Below the pieces are notes generated by a model that was not told the origin of the DNA, made no database searches, and was given only the letters and a program-made list of their open reading frames with translations. DNA of 64,000 nt. Source: Azolla caroliniana (Eukaryota; Plantae; Polypodiophyta). The position numbers were made by a program, and so were the translations under genes. The DNA lies in the NCBI GenBank assembly GCA_043228905.1, contig JBHGNT010000020.1:15190001-15254000 (forward strand), read 5' to 3'. The stretch's first letter is position 1; each line of letters begins with the position of its first letter. Positions 36,861 through 50,278 of the stretch are shown here, in pieces.

Positions 36861-37630
36861 AACAACTGTAGTAAATATAAAGGGTAAAATCAAGGACATT
36901 ACATGCTATATCAGATAATCAGAGTATGCAAGCACTATATTTATACATAAATAAATATAGAAGAACGCGATAATTTTAAAATATGTTTAAATCAATGTCA
37001 ATTCTATCTAGCAAGAATTACTCTCCTCTTATTTTTGGCATTGGTTTTCGCTTTGCTACAATTGAACGTGAGTAGTGTTAAACACAACATTGTAGTATGA
37101 AAGAGGTGCATCCCACACTCAATATACATAACAAGAGCATACCAAATGAAACACGACAATTCGCAATGCCCTAGAGGCATGATAAATGTCCTAGCTGTAA
37201 TTGTTTCATTCTACATGATATAACTTTTTGTCCACGCATACTTTTGGTTAATTCTGCATGATATATAGTAAACGATTCTACCCGTTAAAATCGAACATCT
37301 TATTTTAATTTGATGTAGAGTAATGTCGATGGATTAAGTTCGAGTTTCTCTCGAACCTTCCTCGAGGAATGGAATAAAAAGGTAAAACAATAAAATCAAA
37401 GATCCTGTCCAAGTTGGACTTCCTCTTAGCAAAGCAAACAAGATAAAATAAAGATGTTGAAAGTGGCCAAGCCCACCAAATTTCCCTTACAAAGATATTG
37501 TGTACGTTAGTTTTTTGGACTATCTCTTAACAAAGAGAAAAAGATGCTTGATAGTTTGTGTTTTTTTTTTTGTGGAGCTGGAAAGTATTATGAAGAACCA
37601 TGTGAATGTTGGCATGGCCTTACATTACGT

Positions 37631-38439
37631 TGTCGTGAGGATTTTCGGCCATGGTGAGAAAACCAAGTGGGATGGATAAAATGGGGATGTGCAACATTGC
37701 ACATGCACTTTGAAGATTTGTAAAATAAGAATAAGAAACAAATGTAAAAAGGAAGTGTAAATGTAAGGTGTTAAAAGTGCACTACAAAAATTCATCAAGT
37801 GTAAATGTGATGTGCACTTATGTGCACATGCACATATAAACTAAAGGGAGAGTACATGAAGTACGAGTGTAGTGAGTAGTGGGCATAGTGTGTGTGTGAG
37901 GAGAGGGTGTTAAGGCCCCATCAATCTCTCCTCCTAAGATTAAGGCAAATATTACCCCATTGAAAGAAGGGGGATATTTGACCTCTTCTTTATGTAATGT
38001 GTCTCACCCCTTACTACTATAAAAGGGAGTGAGGGGCCATTTTTGAGGGGCTTCCAGTTTTTGGGTTTCTTTGGGTTGTCATTAGGGTTTCAGAATTTTG
38101 GATTTTAGGATCTCGTTTTAGGGGTTTCATTCGTCGTCTTCTTCTTCTTCTTCTTCTTCTTTTTCTTTTCCCCTATCTAGTTAGGGTTTCATCTAGAGGG
38201 TTTACATTCGGCCTACGCGGCCATGGTTGTAATTCATGTGGTGTTTTCGTAATATAATCATTCGATGAATCTTGTCTTATCTTGTCTTTAATCTTAATCT
38301 CTCCAATCTTAACCTCTCTAATCTTAACCTTTCCCTTCTCGGTTAAACTCTCAAGCTTCTTTCCCTTCTCTTAATCCCTAGTCCAAGACCCCCGTGGTCC
38401 CCCCCCCTTTTCAACACGTACTCGTGGATTTCCGTCACA
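37631..38439 (+). mobile_element. Solo LTR (809 bp) related to the tRNA-Trp-primed gypsy lineage; TSD ACGT
   Basis: TGTCGTGAGG...CCGTCACA with a TATAAAA box. Shares the TGTCGTGA start and the 3' motif GTCCAAGACCCC(C/A)GTGGTCC with the LTRs of 56687-62634. ACGT at 37627-37630 and 38440-38443. Confidence 0.85.
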
Positions 38440-38464
38440 ACGTTTAATTAAAAACTATGTTGAC

Positions 38465-38860
38465 AACTAACAATCGGCGGCGGTTCCGTTCAGTTTAAGA
38501 GTGTCAAAACCGAATCACTTAAAAAATTTTGAAACTTGAATCGAACCACAAAACCATTTGAACAAAAATTGTTTTGACCAAACCATTAAAACAAATCCAA
38601 ACCGTTAAAACTGAAGTTCTCTGGTTCGGTTTTGATTTTCAACTTAAGTCAAAATTCAAATTCAAAATTATTATTATTTTTCATTATTATAAATTTTAAT
38701 ATTTCAAGATTTTAAAGATTTTCCTAAAATGTGAGAATTAAGCTTAAAAATGAAAAGATTATTTAAAAAAATAAAAAAGTGTTAAACTGTTTAAACTGAA
38801 CTGAACCGAACCAAACCGTTTAAATCGTTAAGTCGTGGTTTCATGGTTCGGTTTCTTGGC
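38465..38860. repeat. MITE-like AACCG-rich repeat, second copy
   Basis: Inverted homologue of 36290-36560, including the AACAATCGGC end. Confidence 0.6.
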
Positions 38861-38948
38861 GATGGATATTGACAACTGTAATAAAAATAAAGGGTAAAAT
38901 CAAGAACATTACATTTCAGAGTAATATCAAAGTATGCAAGCATTGTAT

Positions 38949-39220
38949 TGTGAAATGCACATAACAGATAAAAACTAGCCTACTTAGCTTCTTATTTCTT
39001 ACTCAATTTATAGTCCATACAAAGGTACCCATTTGGGCTGGCTTAGCTACATGCATGCTAAAATGGGTGTGCTACTAAAACGAGTGTGCTAAAAGTGTGG
39101 GTTGGCTTATCTACATGCCTACTAAAACGGGTGTGCTAAAACTGTGGGTTGGCTTAGCTACATGCCTATTAAAAAGGGTGTGCTAAAAAGGGTGGCACAA
39201 AGGAACAGATGCACATCTTA
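38949..39220. mobile_element. Internally deleted second copy of the 25071-25903 TIR family; TSD GTAT
   Basis: Homologous to the right TIR (~25657-25903). Begins TGTG. GTAT at 38945-38948 and 39221-39224. A paralogous empty site lies at about 36931-36947. Confidence 0.75.
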
Positions 39221-39489
39221 GTATTTAAACATAAATAAATAAATATAGAAGAACAAGATAACTTGAGAATATCTTTAAATCAATGTCCTACTATCTATCC
39301 TCCATGGTATCCGCCCACCCACCAAAATTTAACAAAAACCTTCCTATAACAGAGATATCCCCATTTTCTTTTATCCTCCTTTCCTATAACTATGATTGAT
39401 TGATTGATTACATTCTTATCATTCTTCAACTTCATCTTCTTCTAATACTTCCTTGTTTCATAATTATCATCCACTTTCATATGTTCTCA

Positions 39490-39945
39490 ACTGCGGTGCA
39501 ATTTCCCGAGGGTAATGAAGACCATCACCAGAATTAGGATTTTAGATTTAGGTATCCCCACATCAGCTTATATATTAGTAACCGCCTCCATGTTGTTTTC
39601 ATGTAGGGTTTGTCAGCATAGACTGTGGATCAGCCCAAACCACGAATTACACTGACTTTCGAATGTCTCGTGGTCATATGTCTAGACTCTGACCATCGTC
39701 GATCATAGCAAAAGGATTCTGGAACTTCTTGATCTCTTTCTGCCCACCATTACTCGTTGCATCCAAAGTCAAGGGGACAATTGTTGGAGCTCCCATCCAT
39801 TGATCACATTTTCATAACGCTACTCCATTCGTCACATTTTCATGTTTTGTTTATCTAACCACAATTATTTCAGCTATGGGATCCTACACTACCTCTAGTT
39901 ATAGTCCATCCATGGTCTTCCCGATTCTTCTCTTATTCCCTTGTC
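39490..39945 (+). pseudogene. Two RLK paralogue 5' fragments
   Basis: Exon 2 start [17 protein letters not shown] at 39607-39656. Then a promoter and exon 1 start (ATG 39876) homologous to 5400-5150 on the minus strand, fused directly to the RLK 3'-flank duplicate. Confidence 0.8.
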
Positions 39946-39949
39946 TTAG

Positions 39950-40891
39950 AATGTAATTTAGAAGTTAACCAATCATTGCCAGAATGTATCATTTTCATTG
40001 AAGACGTTTGAACATCAAACTATCGTTTTCATTCATGAAGTTATTTTTGTTTAGTTGATAAAGGGGATTAGTGAAAGTTTATGGCACACTAAGGGTCATC
40101 AAATATCATTCATGATCATAATCAATATCTTTACCTTAGTACAGAGAAAGTCATGAAAAACAATGCGTACAAGTGCATCGAGGCAAAATTGTAGGGGTTC
40201 TAAGTAAAAAATGATCTAAGGTCCAAGTGCAAGATGCTTGACTGATGAGATCAGGAGAGTAGCAATATCCATTAGAAAGTAAACAAGAAAGAACAAATAG
40301 TCGATGGATAAACAAAAGAAAAACTTAATGTCATTATATAGGTTGCAGGAAAAATGATTGATTAGAAGTATTATGATCGGTAAGAAAAGAAGAAAATTGT
40401 GTGATTCTAGAACTCATGATTATAAATTTATGATGTCCAACATTACCGGACCCTTAACAAATGAGAAGGCTGAATATAAACATTGTGGTTAGAAAGTACG
40501 AGGTAATGTAGCGAGAAGACAAGGTCAACAAAGTCAGAAAAGGAATTCAACGGATTAGTAATTAAGGAGGAGATGGCGTTTCTGATTAAGTGACAGTTTT
40601 GATAGTATTTATTTCGCTTGAAATATGTGACAACACTTAAGTTTCACTTTTTTGGGAATGTAGTGACCAAGGTGGATGTGAATGACAACCCTTTGAGGAT
40701 ATAAGTTTGAATATTTGGTAACTACTTGTATTCTTCTTATATGTATTCTCATATGTGGGCATAGTGCCTTATATGTATATATTTGTTTTGGTTTACAATT
40801 TATGGTTCAAAAGGTCCCTATCTTAGCTCTTCCTCTTGAAGTAACGATGCTAAATTCACGAGAGTAAGGGATTTCTTAATGCAGATGTAAA
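39950..40891 (+). repeat. Segmental duplication copy 2, part 1
   Basis: Homologous to 33303-34115. Confidence 0.92.
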
Positions 40892-41468
40892 CGTTGAATG
40901 CGGGTATCTAATGGACGTATTCACACTATCTCCTTTTGTACACACTAGGTTTAGGCTATTTATGTAAATTATGAGAAGGGTAGTTGCCCTAAGTTAGTCA
41001 GTATATAAATTGACTTTGTAACCTTGTTCTGATGGTTGAATAATTTAGTTCATCTTGTGCCCAACGTCTCTCTCTTGCATTCTTGTCATGTCTTGTTTCT
41101 CTATTTCTGTTTCTGATCCCATTAATCTACGTTGAGTGGATCCACTTATGATCCTAACTTTAGAAGAGTGTTGAGATTATTCCGCACTAGACGACCGCAT
41201 CTCCAACATCTGGTATTAGAGCTGGAGGTTCTTTCGATTCTGCTGCTGCCATCTATCTAGTTTCCACCAGCAACTCTTCTTCTGTACACCGTGAAGATCT
41301 TGGTTGCATACTCTTCTCTACATCGTTTTCGTGAAGAGACACTGGCAAAATCTGCACTCCACTTTTCTAAATCACCATTGAAGTGAGCCAAGCAATTGGA
41401 CTTCACTCTTGTGATTCTAGCCGCTCGGAGTGAGATTTCGCTTCACAACATCTCTTCCTCAGTCGTAC

Positions 41469-44400
41469 TATTAGAATATTAAAATATTAATATTAAAAAT
41501 AAGACATTATTAGAAATAGGAAATATATCATAAATAAAGAAAATAAAACTAACTAATGTAACTACATATTACGTGACTTTTGTTCACACAACCATTGGTT
41601 AGAAAGTTATCTTCATGTGAGATTTGATCACAATGATCATTCCAATTTCAAGCTTCCCTATGATCTCTATTGCCTATAAAATGTAACATCTACCATGAAT
41701 ACATGTAATCTTTCTTTCTTCATAATATTAATTCATATGTATCAACTTGTTATTCTTTGTTAGATAGTACTTTAAATTCCTACATGGTATCAGAACCTTC
41801 TAATAGGAATTAAGGAACAACCATCAAGAAGATCGATCTGGAAGCTATACGAAGATGGAGTCTAACACAAATTCAACAAACAAAACGTGAATGACAAGAA
41901 AGTACAGCATGGAGAAACTCAACGACAAAAATTATAGAATGTGGAAATTAAGGATGAGTTTAATCCTCGAAAGAGCACAATTAATTGAAGAGAATAGTGC
42001 GGAATATTGCTCGGCCTCAACCGAGTCTTGAATCACAGAGATGGGAAAAACACAGAAATGGGAAGTAGAGAGTACACAGAATATTTACGTGGAAAACCCT
42101 AATGGCAAAAACTACGGGAGCCCACAGGCTCCAAGCTATCACTATATATAGGAAAGATACAATCAAAGTCGGAGGCAACGACCTCGTGCTCTGTATCTTT
42201 GCCAACCAGCGGTTACAACAGAGTATAACTCTATATCTCCTCTCTCTGTATACAACAGTTATCTCAACAACAATATGACAACCCTACACTAAAGTGATTG
42301 CCCTAAGTCATATTTATACTTATATGAACTTAGGGCTATTTACAAATATAGCCTTAATAGGCTTTACTCAAAACCTATTTACAAATATGTCTTCTCTTCC
42401 AAATCTCACCGGGTCCTCTTCGTTCATAACTGGATCCCATCCGGAGGGACCATCTTCCCAACAATCTCCCCCTTCACTCCGGCATTAAATGTCTTGTCAG
42501 ACCAATCCTCTTTCGGCACGCATCCAGCTTGTCGGTCGTCAACATCTTGGTCAACATATCCGACCTGTTCTCCTCCGTGTGGATCTTCGTCAACACGAAC
42601 TGTTGATCTTCTACTCTCTCCCGAATCCAGTGATACCTCCGATGGATATGTTTCGTCCGGGAATTGTAGGTTGTGTTCTTTGCAAGGTGGATGACACTCT
42701 GACTATCGCAGTAGAGCCGATATTCCTCGTGTTGGATCCCTAGCTCTCTGATGAAGTCCTTTATCTAGATTATGTCCTTGCCGGCTTCCACAACTGCCAT
42801 GTACTCCACCTCCGTGGTTGAGAGCGCAATCGTCTTCTGCAGCCTCGATTGCCATGAAACAGCTCCCCCTACATAAGTCATGACATATCCGGATGCCGAC
42901 CAACTGGTATTCCTATTAGCCAACATATGCAAATCCGTGAATCCGTCAAGTTGGGGATTACCAAAGCCGAACCGGAGACACATACGCGAGGTGCCTTTCA
43001 GATACCGGAGTATCCACTTGACCGTGTTCCAGTGCTCTTTTTTGGGATTGCTCATGAACCGGCTCACCACTCCGACTACATATTTGATATCCGGTCGGGT
43101 GCACACCATTGCATACATTAAGCTTCCGATGGCAGAGGCATATGGTATCTTGATCATATCTGGCTTCTCTACCTTCGTCTTCTGGCTCTGCTTTCCAAAC
43201 AACTTGCAATTTTTCGGAAGTGTCAATCCGACCGGTTTCGCCTCCGACATGTTGAACCTTTGGAGTACCTTTGTGACGCACTTTTCCTATGACAACCACA
43301 ACACCTTCTTCGACCGGTCCCAGTTGATGTGCATTCCTAATATCTGTCTTGTAGGCCCCAAGTCTTTCATTGAGAAGGTCCGGTTCAGAGCCTTCTTCAT
43401 CATTCGTATCTTGACTTGATCTCGTCCGACGATCAGCATATCATCCATGTATAGGAGCAATATCAGGAAGTCTCTTTCGTCAAATTTCTTCACAAACACG
43501 CAATGATTGGCTTGTGTTTTGTGGTACCCTTCATCGGTCATGAAGGAGTCGAACTTCCGGTACCATTGTAGGGGAGCTTGCTTCAGTCCGTATAAGCTCT
43601 TCTTCAACCAGCACACCACATGCTCCTTACCTTTCTTCTCAAATCCTTCCGGTTGATGCATGTAGATCTCTTCTTCGAGGTCGACATGACGTCCAGTTGC
43701 TCTACCTCGAGGTCCATGCTTGCCGCTATGCCTAATACCGTCCGGATGGATGTCATCTTTACTATCGGAGCAAAGATTTCATCAAAGTCCACTCCTTTCT
43801 TCTGTGGAAGCCCTTCACCACGATTCGGGCCTTATACCTTGGTGGATTTCCGGCATCTCCTGGTTTGAGCTTGTACACCTACTTGTTCCGGAGTGCTCTC
43901 TTCCCTTTCGGCAACTCCATCAGTTCATATGTGTGGTTCTCATGCAGGGAATCCATCTCGTCCCACATGACACTCAACCACTTGCTGCTGTGGGTGTCTC
44001 TCTTTGCTTCTTCGAAGCTTTCCCGCTACCCATCATCGGTTAGCAACACACGCTCTACATTCGGAAATCTCTGGGGGCTCTTCTCTCTTGGAGTGGATAT
44101 CTTCGTCCTTGGTTTCTGACTACCGGTTCCTCCGTTTGTTCCTCATCCACATCCAATTCGGGATCGTGTCCGATTTCGGTGTCTTCTTCTTCTTCTTCTT
44201 CTTCTTCTTCGGTCGGATTTGTTTTTTGTCCATATCCGGTCGGTTCGTCAAGTGTCATCCGGTTGCCGGCCAACATCCGATTTTCAACCGGGTAGGTCCT
44301 TGAGTCCTCAAACGGGTTTTCATTGGTAGATCCGGAGTTCATCATCTTCTTCTCTGACTCCTTGTCAACAATGGTCTTGTCTTCCATGAAGACTATATCC

Positions 44401-46257
44401 CGACTCCGGAACACCTTCTTGTCGACCAGATCCCACACCCGGTAACCGAACTCATCATTGCCGTATCCAAGCAATATGCATGGCCTGAACTTTGGATCCA
44501 ACTTTCCTCTCTTGGCCTTTGCAACATGCACATATGTGAGACACCCGAACACCTTCAGATGCCGGTAAGATACATCTTTACTGGTCCATACTTTCTGAGG
44601 TAGGTCTCCTTCCAAAGGTGATGAGGGTGCTTTGTTTATCACATAGGTTGTTGTCGTTAGTGCCTCGGCCCAAAACATCTTGGGAAACTTGGCATGTGCA
44701 AGCATGCTCCAGACTCTCTCCATTATGGTCCGGTTCATCCTTTCAGCACCCTCGTTTTGTTCTCGCGTCTTGGCACGGTAAACTCAAGCCGAATTCCCTT
44801 TGACTGGCAGTACTCCTCGAACTGCCCCTAGTATTCTCCTCCGTTGTCCGCTCGAACTGCCTTCAGCTTTTGACTGGTTTCCCTTTCCACTCTCACGTGG
44901 AGCTCCTTGATGACAGATAACACTTGATCCTTTGTCTTTAGTGGTGAGACCCACAGCTTCCGGTTATGATCATCTATGAATGTCACGAAGTACTGCGATC
45001 CGACATGTGCCTTTGTGTCCACTTGACACACATCGGTATGCACCAGCTCCAGTAGTGCATTACGTCTCATCGGTGGTCTTGACCAGAAGGAGGTCCGGTT
45101 TTGCTTGCCGCCAAGCAATCAATGCACTTCTCAAGTTGCACGTCCTTCACCGGAATGAGATTGTCTTCGACAAGTCTCTTCATCCCCTTCTGCCACAACT
45201 CACCGATAGTGTCATATGCTACGTTCAGTTCTTCTCGGAAATATCCGGGCATTCATCAAGTACAATGTGTTGACCTTCCAGGCTAGAGCCACTATTAGGC
45301 TCCCTATGCTGAACTTCATACTCTGTTCCGGATGCTACCCGTGTAGCCTTCATCATCTAGGTGACCGACTGATATCAGGTTTAGACGAACCTCCGAAACG
45401 TGTCGGACATCCGTCAGCAGCAACTTGCATCCGGTTGATGTCGTCAACAACAAATCTCCTATGCCGACAATTCGGCATGCACCTTCATTCCCCATCCGGA
45501 CACAACCGTGATCTCCGACTATGTAGAATGAGAAGAATCTCTGGTTCGGTGTTAGGTGGAACGACTCTCTGGAATCAACAACCCACGTTGTCTCGTCGCC
45601 AACAAGGTTTAACTCATCCGGTTCTCACGGGTTCTCACGGGTCCATCCGATCCGGTTTCCGGATCTCTTTCGGATCTCACTAGGTCCATCCGATCCGGTT
45701 CTCACCGGGTCCTCTTCGTTCATAACCGGATCCCATCCGGAGGTACCATCTTCCCAACATTAATCGACATTGTGAAAGGTAAAATACCACAACCTAAAAC
45801 CACCCCAGAATTGGAAGAATGGAAAAATAAGATTTAGATGCACGCATGGAATTGGTTATGCATCTGACTGATAAACAAATAGATTTAGTAAAAGATTCAG
45901 AAACATCGAAAGAAATATGGGATGCCTTGAAGGAACGCCATGAACCCTCGGACAGAACAACAAAGATTAACACCTTGAGACACCTTGTCACATTGGAAAT
46001 GGAAGAAAGTGAAGGAATTGACACATTCATCAGAAAATGACAGTTAGCCCTCAAGCAAGCATTATCAGCAGGTAATAAAATTGATGAAGATATGAAATTC
46101 GATTTAATTTTGGGTGTTGTACTAGATTCGTGTGACAACTTTGTCACCACACATGGAAATGATGACACTTCGAACATGAAAGATATGTTTCTAAAAATGA
46201 AAAGAGAAGAGATTCGAAGAATAAAGGGAAAGGCGAAACACGAAGAATGGTTCTAAC
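41469..46257 (+). mobile_element. Nested 5' fragment of another copia (LTR ~41469-41784, PBS, gag)
   Basis: AT-rich LTR ending CCTACA, then TGGTATCAGA at 41785. gag EKLNDKNYRMWKLRMSLILERAQL|IDIV..EIWDALKERHE is split by 41986-45759. No 3' end found. Confidence 0.75.
41986..45759 (-). mobile_element. Degenerate copia, older relative of the intact 5551-10900 element
   Basis: TSD TTAAT (41981-41985, 45760-45764). 3' LTR at 41986-42463. pol fragments are highly similar to ORF 6179-10252. gag, the PBS and most of the 5' LTR are deleted near 45615. Confidence 0.93.
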
Positions 46258-46292
46258 AATACAATATGTCCTATTTATATAGGAGTACTATG

Positions 46293-46430
46293 TGCCCCTT
46301 GGATGTTTGTAGGGTCATGATACCCTTTGGGATGTTGTAGGGTCATCATACCCTTTGTGATATTGAAGGATCATGGCACCCTTTGGGATATTGAAGGGTC
46401 ATGGCACCCTTTGGATATGTCTAGGGTTAC
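46293..46430. repeat. 28-bp tandem repeat, about 4.5 copies (probable LTR fragment)
   Basis: Unit GTAGGGTCATGATACCCTTTGGGATGTT with an internal AGGGT..ACCCT hairpin. Confidence 0.75.
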
Positions 46431-46482
46431 ATTAACAATATTATAATAAAGTAAATTATAATATTTTTATGTACAACAAATA

Positions 46483-46540
46483 TAACCTAATGGCTAGAGC
46501 TGAGTGCTCCTCCTTCGGAGGTCATGGGTTCGAGTCACCC
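46483..46540 (+). mobile_element. tRNA-derived (SINE-like) head
   Basis: A-box-like TAACCTAATGG at 46483 and B-box-like GGTTCGAGTC at 46527, at tRNA spacing; no intact cloverleaf. Confidence 0.4.
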
Positions 46541-47633
46541 TAAACCTCATGGGGTTTCATCTACTCATGACACCTGGGATTTGGGCATGGAGTTCAAAGT
46601 GAACTCCACATTCGATCAAAGCAAACCTGGGACTTGGTTGAACTATCGAAAAATCGACGTGCTCTATCGTGCAAATGGGTCTATAGAATTAAAGAGACGT
46701 CTGATTCAGCCACCCCAAAATTCAAGGCCAGATTCAAACGAAAATTTGGAGCTGATTCAGCTAGATGTCAAAACTGCATTCCTCCATGCTGATCAAGAGG
46801 AGGAAACTGAAAGACTTCGTCACACCCGACCAAGAACATCTAGTTTGCCAACTCAAGAAGAGTCTTTACAGCCTGAAACAGGCACCGCAATAGTGGTATA
46901 AGAAGTTCGATGACTTCATTCAGTTGTTCGGCTTCTCAAAGAGCGATGAGGACGACTATCTCTTAACGAAAACAACTCGAGATGGTACACCCATCTTCGT
47001 CATCATCTACGTGGACGACATGATAATCTCCGGTCAGCAAGCTGGAGAGCTTGCCAAACTCGTTCAACAACTGTGGATGAAGTTTACCATGAAGGACCTC
47101 GGTCTGACAATACACATTCTCAGCATGAAGATTAGTCAGAATCGAAATTGAAGACAATTGTTTCTGTCCTAATCCGACTATATTGCCCGTGACCTCGAAC
47201 GCTTCAACATGCACTCGGCTAAACCCGCTTGGACCCCGCTCCCCATTAGCCTTGGGCTGTCTCAGTGAGACTGCTCGACATCCGGTTCGGAGGGGGGCAT
47301 TATGAAGTCGGTATTGTATGCACTGGCAATTGGCTCCTTGATGTACGTGATAGTTGCGACAGAACCTGACATTGCTTACGTTGTAGGAGTCGTCAACAGA
47401 TTCATGTACAACCCTGGCCGATCGCACTAGAATGTAGTAAAGCATGTGTTCAGATAGACGGTAGGCACAAAACACTTTGGCATTCAATTCGGTCCGAACG
47501 ACACTTAAGGGGTAGTTGGCTATAACGACTCAGACTTTGCCGGCTGTGTGGACAGTTGAAAATTGACAACTGGATACTGCTTTAAGTTCGGCAACGGTGC
47601 AATCTCGTGGAAATCGAAACTTCAGGAGTGCAC

Positions 47634-47958
47634 TGTTGGGATCACCGTCATCTAATGAGGAACAAGATCGATACTCTCCTATGATAAGATTGAGAAAGGA
47701 TGCAAGATCGTAACTTTGATGACTGCAAAGACAAACAAATACAACTAGTACGTCAAAGAGAGATAGAGAGACAGTTAGGCACAATATAAAGAGTATATTA
47801 CAACTTAAAGCAACAACCACTAACTAGGTTACAAAGTCAGTTTATATGCTGACTGACTTAGGGCAACTGCCCTTATCACAATTTTAATAAATAGCCTAAG
47901 CCTAGTGTGTACAAAAGGAGACGGTGTGAATACATCCATTAGAAGCCCGAATTCAAAA
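47634..47958 (-). mobile_element. Antisense solo LTR related to the host copia LTR, inserted in its RNase H
   Basis: The reverse complement matches the 5' half of 40892-41208. TSD TGCAC/TGCCC. Interrupts KSKLQEC|ATSTTEA. Confidence 0.85.
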
Positions 47959-48816
47959 TGCCCCGCCACATCAACGACCGAGGCTAAATACATAGTTGCG
48001 TCCGATGCGGCGAAAGAGGCCTTATGGCTCGGTCGGTTAGCTTGTAGTTTTGGACAAGTCGAACCTGATTTGGCTCTAGTTGTCTATAGTGATAGTCAGG
48101 GTGTTGTCGCTTTGTCAAAAAATTTGGTTCATCACATCGCCTCGAAGCACATCGACGTTTGATATCACTTTGTTCGGGACTGCGTCTACAGTTGATAATG
48201 TTGCAGATAGGATTACCAAGTCTCTTTCCGCGGATCGATTCCGATCCCTTCGGCAACAGATCGGCGTAACGAAGAATCAATTCGATTAAGTCTGACCCTT
48301 AGCATGTTTTCAAAGAATTGACTTCGACAGTTTGAAGTTCGGCTTTAGCTTCCCCAACCTTGGCCAGTTCGGCCTTCAGTTTTTCCGAAGTTCACCTACT
48401 CGAACGAAATTTCGATTTGCTCGAAAACTTTGTATCAATCTATAATGTACATTTATTTCGATTTACAGAATTTCGATGTATACACCCATTATGGGGGAGT
48501 GTTGAATGTGGGTCTCTAATGGACGTATTCACACTGTCTCCTTTTGTACACACTAGGTCTAGGCTATTTATGTAAATAGTGAGAAGGGCAGTTGCCCTAA
48601 GTTAGTCAGTATATAAACTGACTTTGTTACCTAGTTTTGATGGTTGAATAATTTAGTTCACCTTGTGGCCAACGTCTCTCTCTTGCGTTCTTGTCATGTT
48701 TTGTTTCTCTGTTTTTGTTTCTAATGCCATTAATCTACGTTGCTTGGATCCACTTATGATCCTAACTTTAGAAGAGTGTTGAGATTGTTCCGCACTAGAC
48801 GACCGCGTCTCCAACA

Positions 48817-50278
48817 GTAAATGTTGTGGCCATGCCAACATCCTTTAAAGGTAGACATCAACACATCTTTGAGCCAAATTCAACATCAAATTGCTTCACC
48901 TACCTAGCAACTATAATCATTTGTCTCCTAATATCCTCATTGTACACATAACCTCCACTATTCAGTAAAAGGTCAATTGATTTTCTAGATTTTGGATTCA
49001 TATACCGTATACTGATGCTTGAATTATTTCCCAATGTATCACATTCAACTTCATCATAATTAAATCATCTCAAGCATTGAATTGGGTTATTCAGATCTAT
49101 TATTCCAATTGCCTGAACATCGAGTCCACAAATGATGTTGAGCAGCTCTTAGGTAGAATCTGACAATGTGGATAGGTTGAGTCTTAGAGAAATCAACTTT
49201 GATAAATTCAAATAAAAGAGGAAGGCCCTTGAGTGTTATTTTACCAAGTTTCCTTTCCCATTCTAGAAAGTGAGGCAGAAGGGGGACAAGGGGGTTAGTA
49301 TCTATTTGCTTTTTTTTATTTTGCCTTTCTCATTGTGAAAATATCTGAAGGAGAAGGGGAAAAAAGGGGAATTTGCATTTTGGGTTTTGGTTTGTGTGAG
49401 AAATAGAAAAGGGGTTCAGGAAGGAAAGTTTTAGGGTTCATGAGTTTTTTTCTAGATTACCATCTTTCTATGTCTTCTTCATGCATTATTATTCTTCAAG
49501 GTGTGTTAGGGATTGTTTGTTTTAATCTACTTCTTCAGCTCTCCATTGCTATGGAGGTTATTAGAGTTTATGAGAGCTTTAGTGGCAGGAAACCTCGAGC
49601 TATGGAGGTATTTGGAGATCAATCCTTCACATTGTACGTCATTCCAGAGTGAGGTGCTCAACCCTAATGTAAGTCGAATCACATAAAATTAATATCTCAA
49701 TTTATTCATTTGGTGGGTCTCATCATCCTATTAACTACACTCTCATATTGAGACTTGCCACAAATCCACGTGTGAGACTCAAATGGCACCAACCCTGTCA
49801 AGGTTCTCCTCTAACATTTCGAATAGTTGTGACCTTATCTCACTATCACCATCACTTGTTGAAACCATCTACACTATTTGCCCAAGCACTCACAAATTAA
49901 ATGGAATAATCCTCATTACATGTGCTCTTATCTCCTCTACAAGTCATGTTGAATAGGAAGTGTGTAAATTGTGTAGCTTTGATACCACGTTAATGATTGC
50001 ATGAACAAATAGAGAATGAACATTTATGTATTGATCATGCAAAACACCACGCAAAAGATATATATTATCTTACAATAGAGAGTGAGATGTGGTTTCATGT
50101 TGCCAATGGCACATGATGGGAAACCACCTCTAAAGGGAGAAATATATCTAATTTAAAAAGTTATTTCCAAATAAACACAAAATAACAAGTTTCAAACTCA
50201 ACACCATTCTTCATTGATAGGAATATAAGTATCACTAGGATAGCTATTTCATACATTAAATAAGTATATTCTGAAAGA
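48817..50278 (+). repeat. Segmental duplication copy 2, part 2
   Basis: Homologous to 34111-35645. Confidence 0.92.

Larger units (their letters stand above)
40892..48816 (+). mobile_element. Old Ty1/copia element containing nested insertions
   Basis: 317-bp LTRs at 40892-41208 and 48500-48816. TSD GTAAA (40887-40891, 48817-48821), with the empty site at 34111-34115. PBS TGGTATTAGAGC at 41211, PPT ATGGGGGAG at 48491, RT/RNase H remnants at 46740-48290. Confidence 0.93.
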
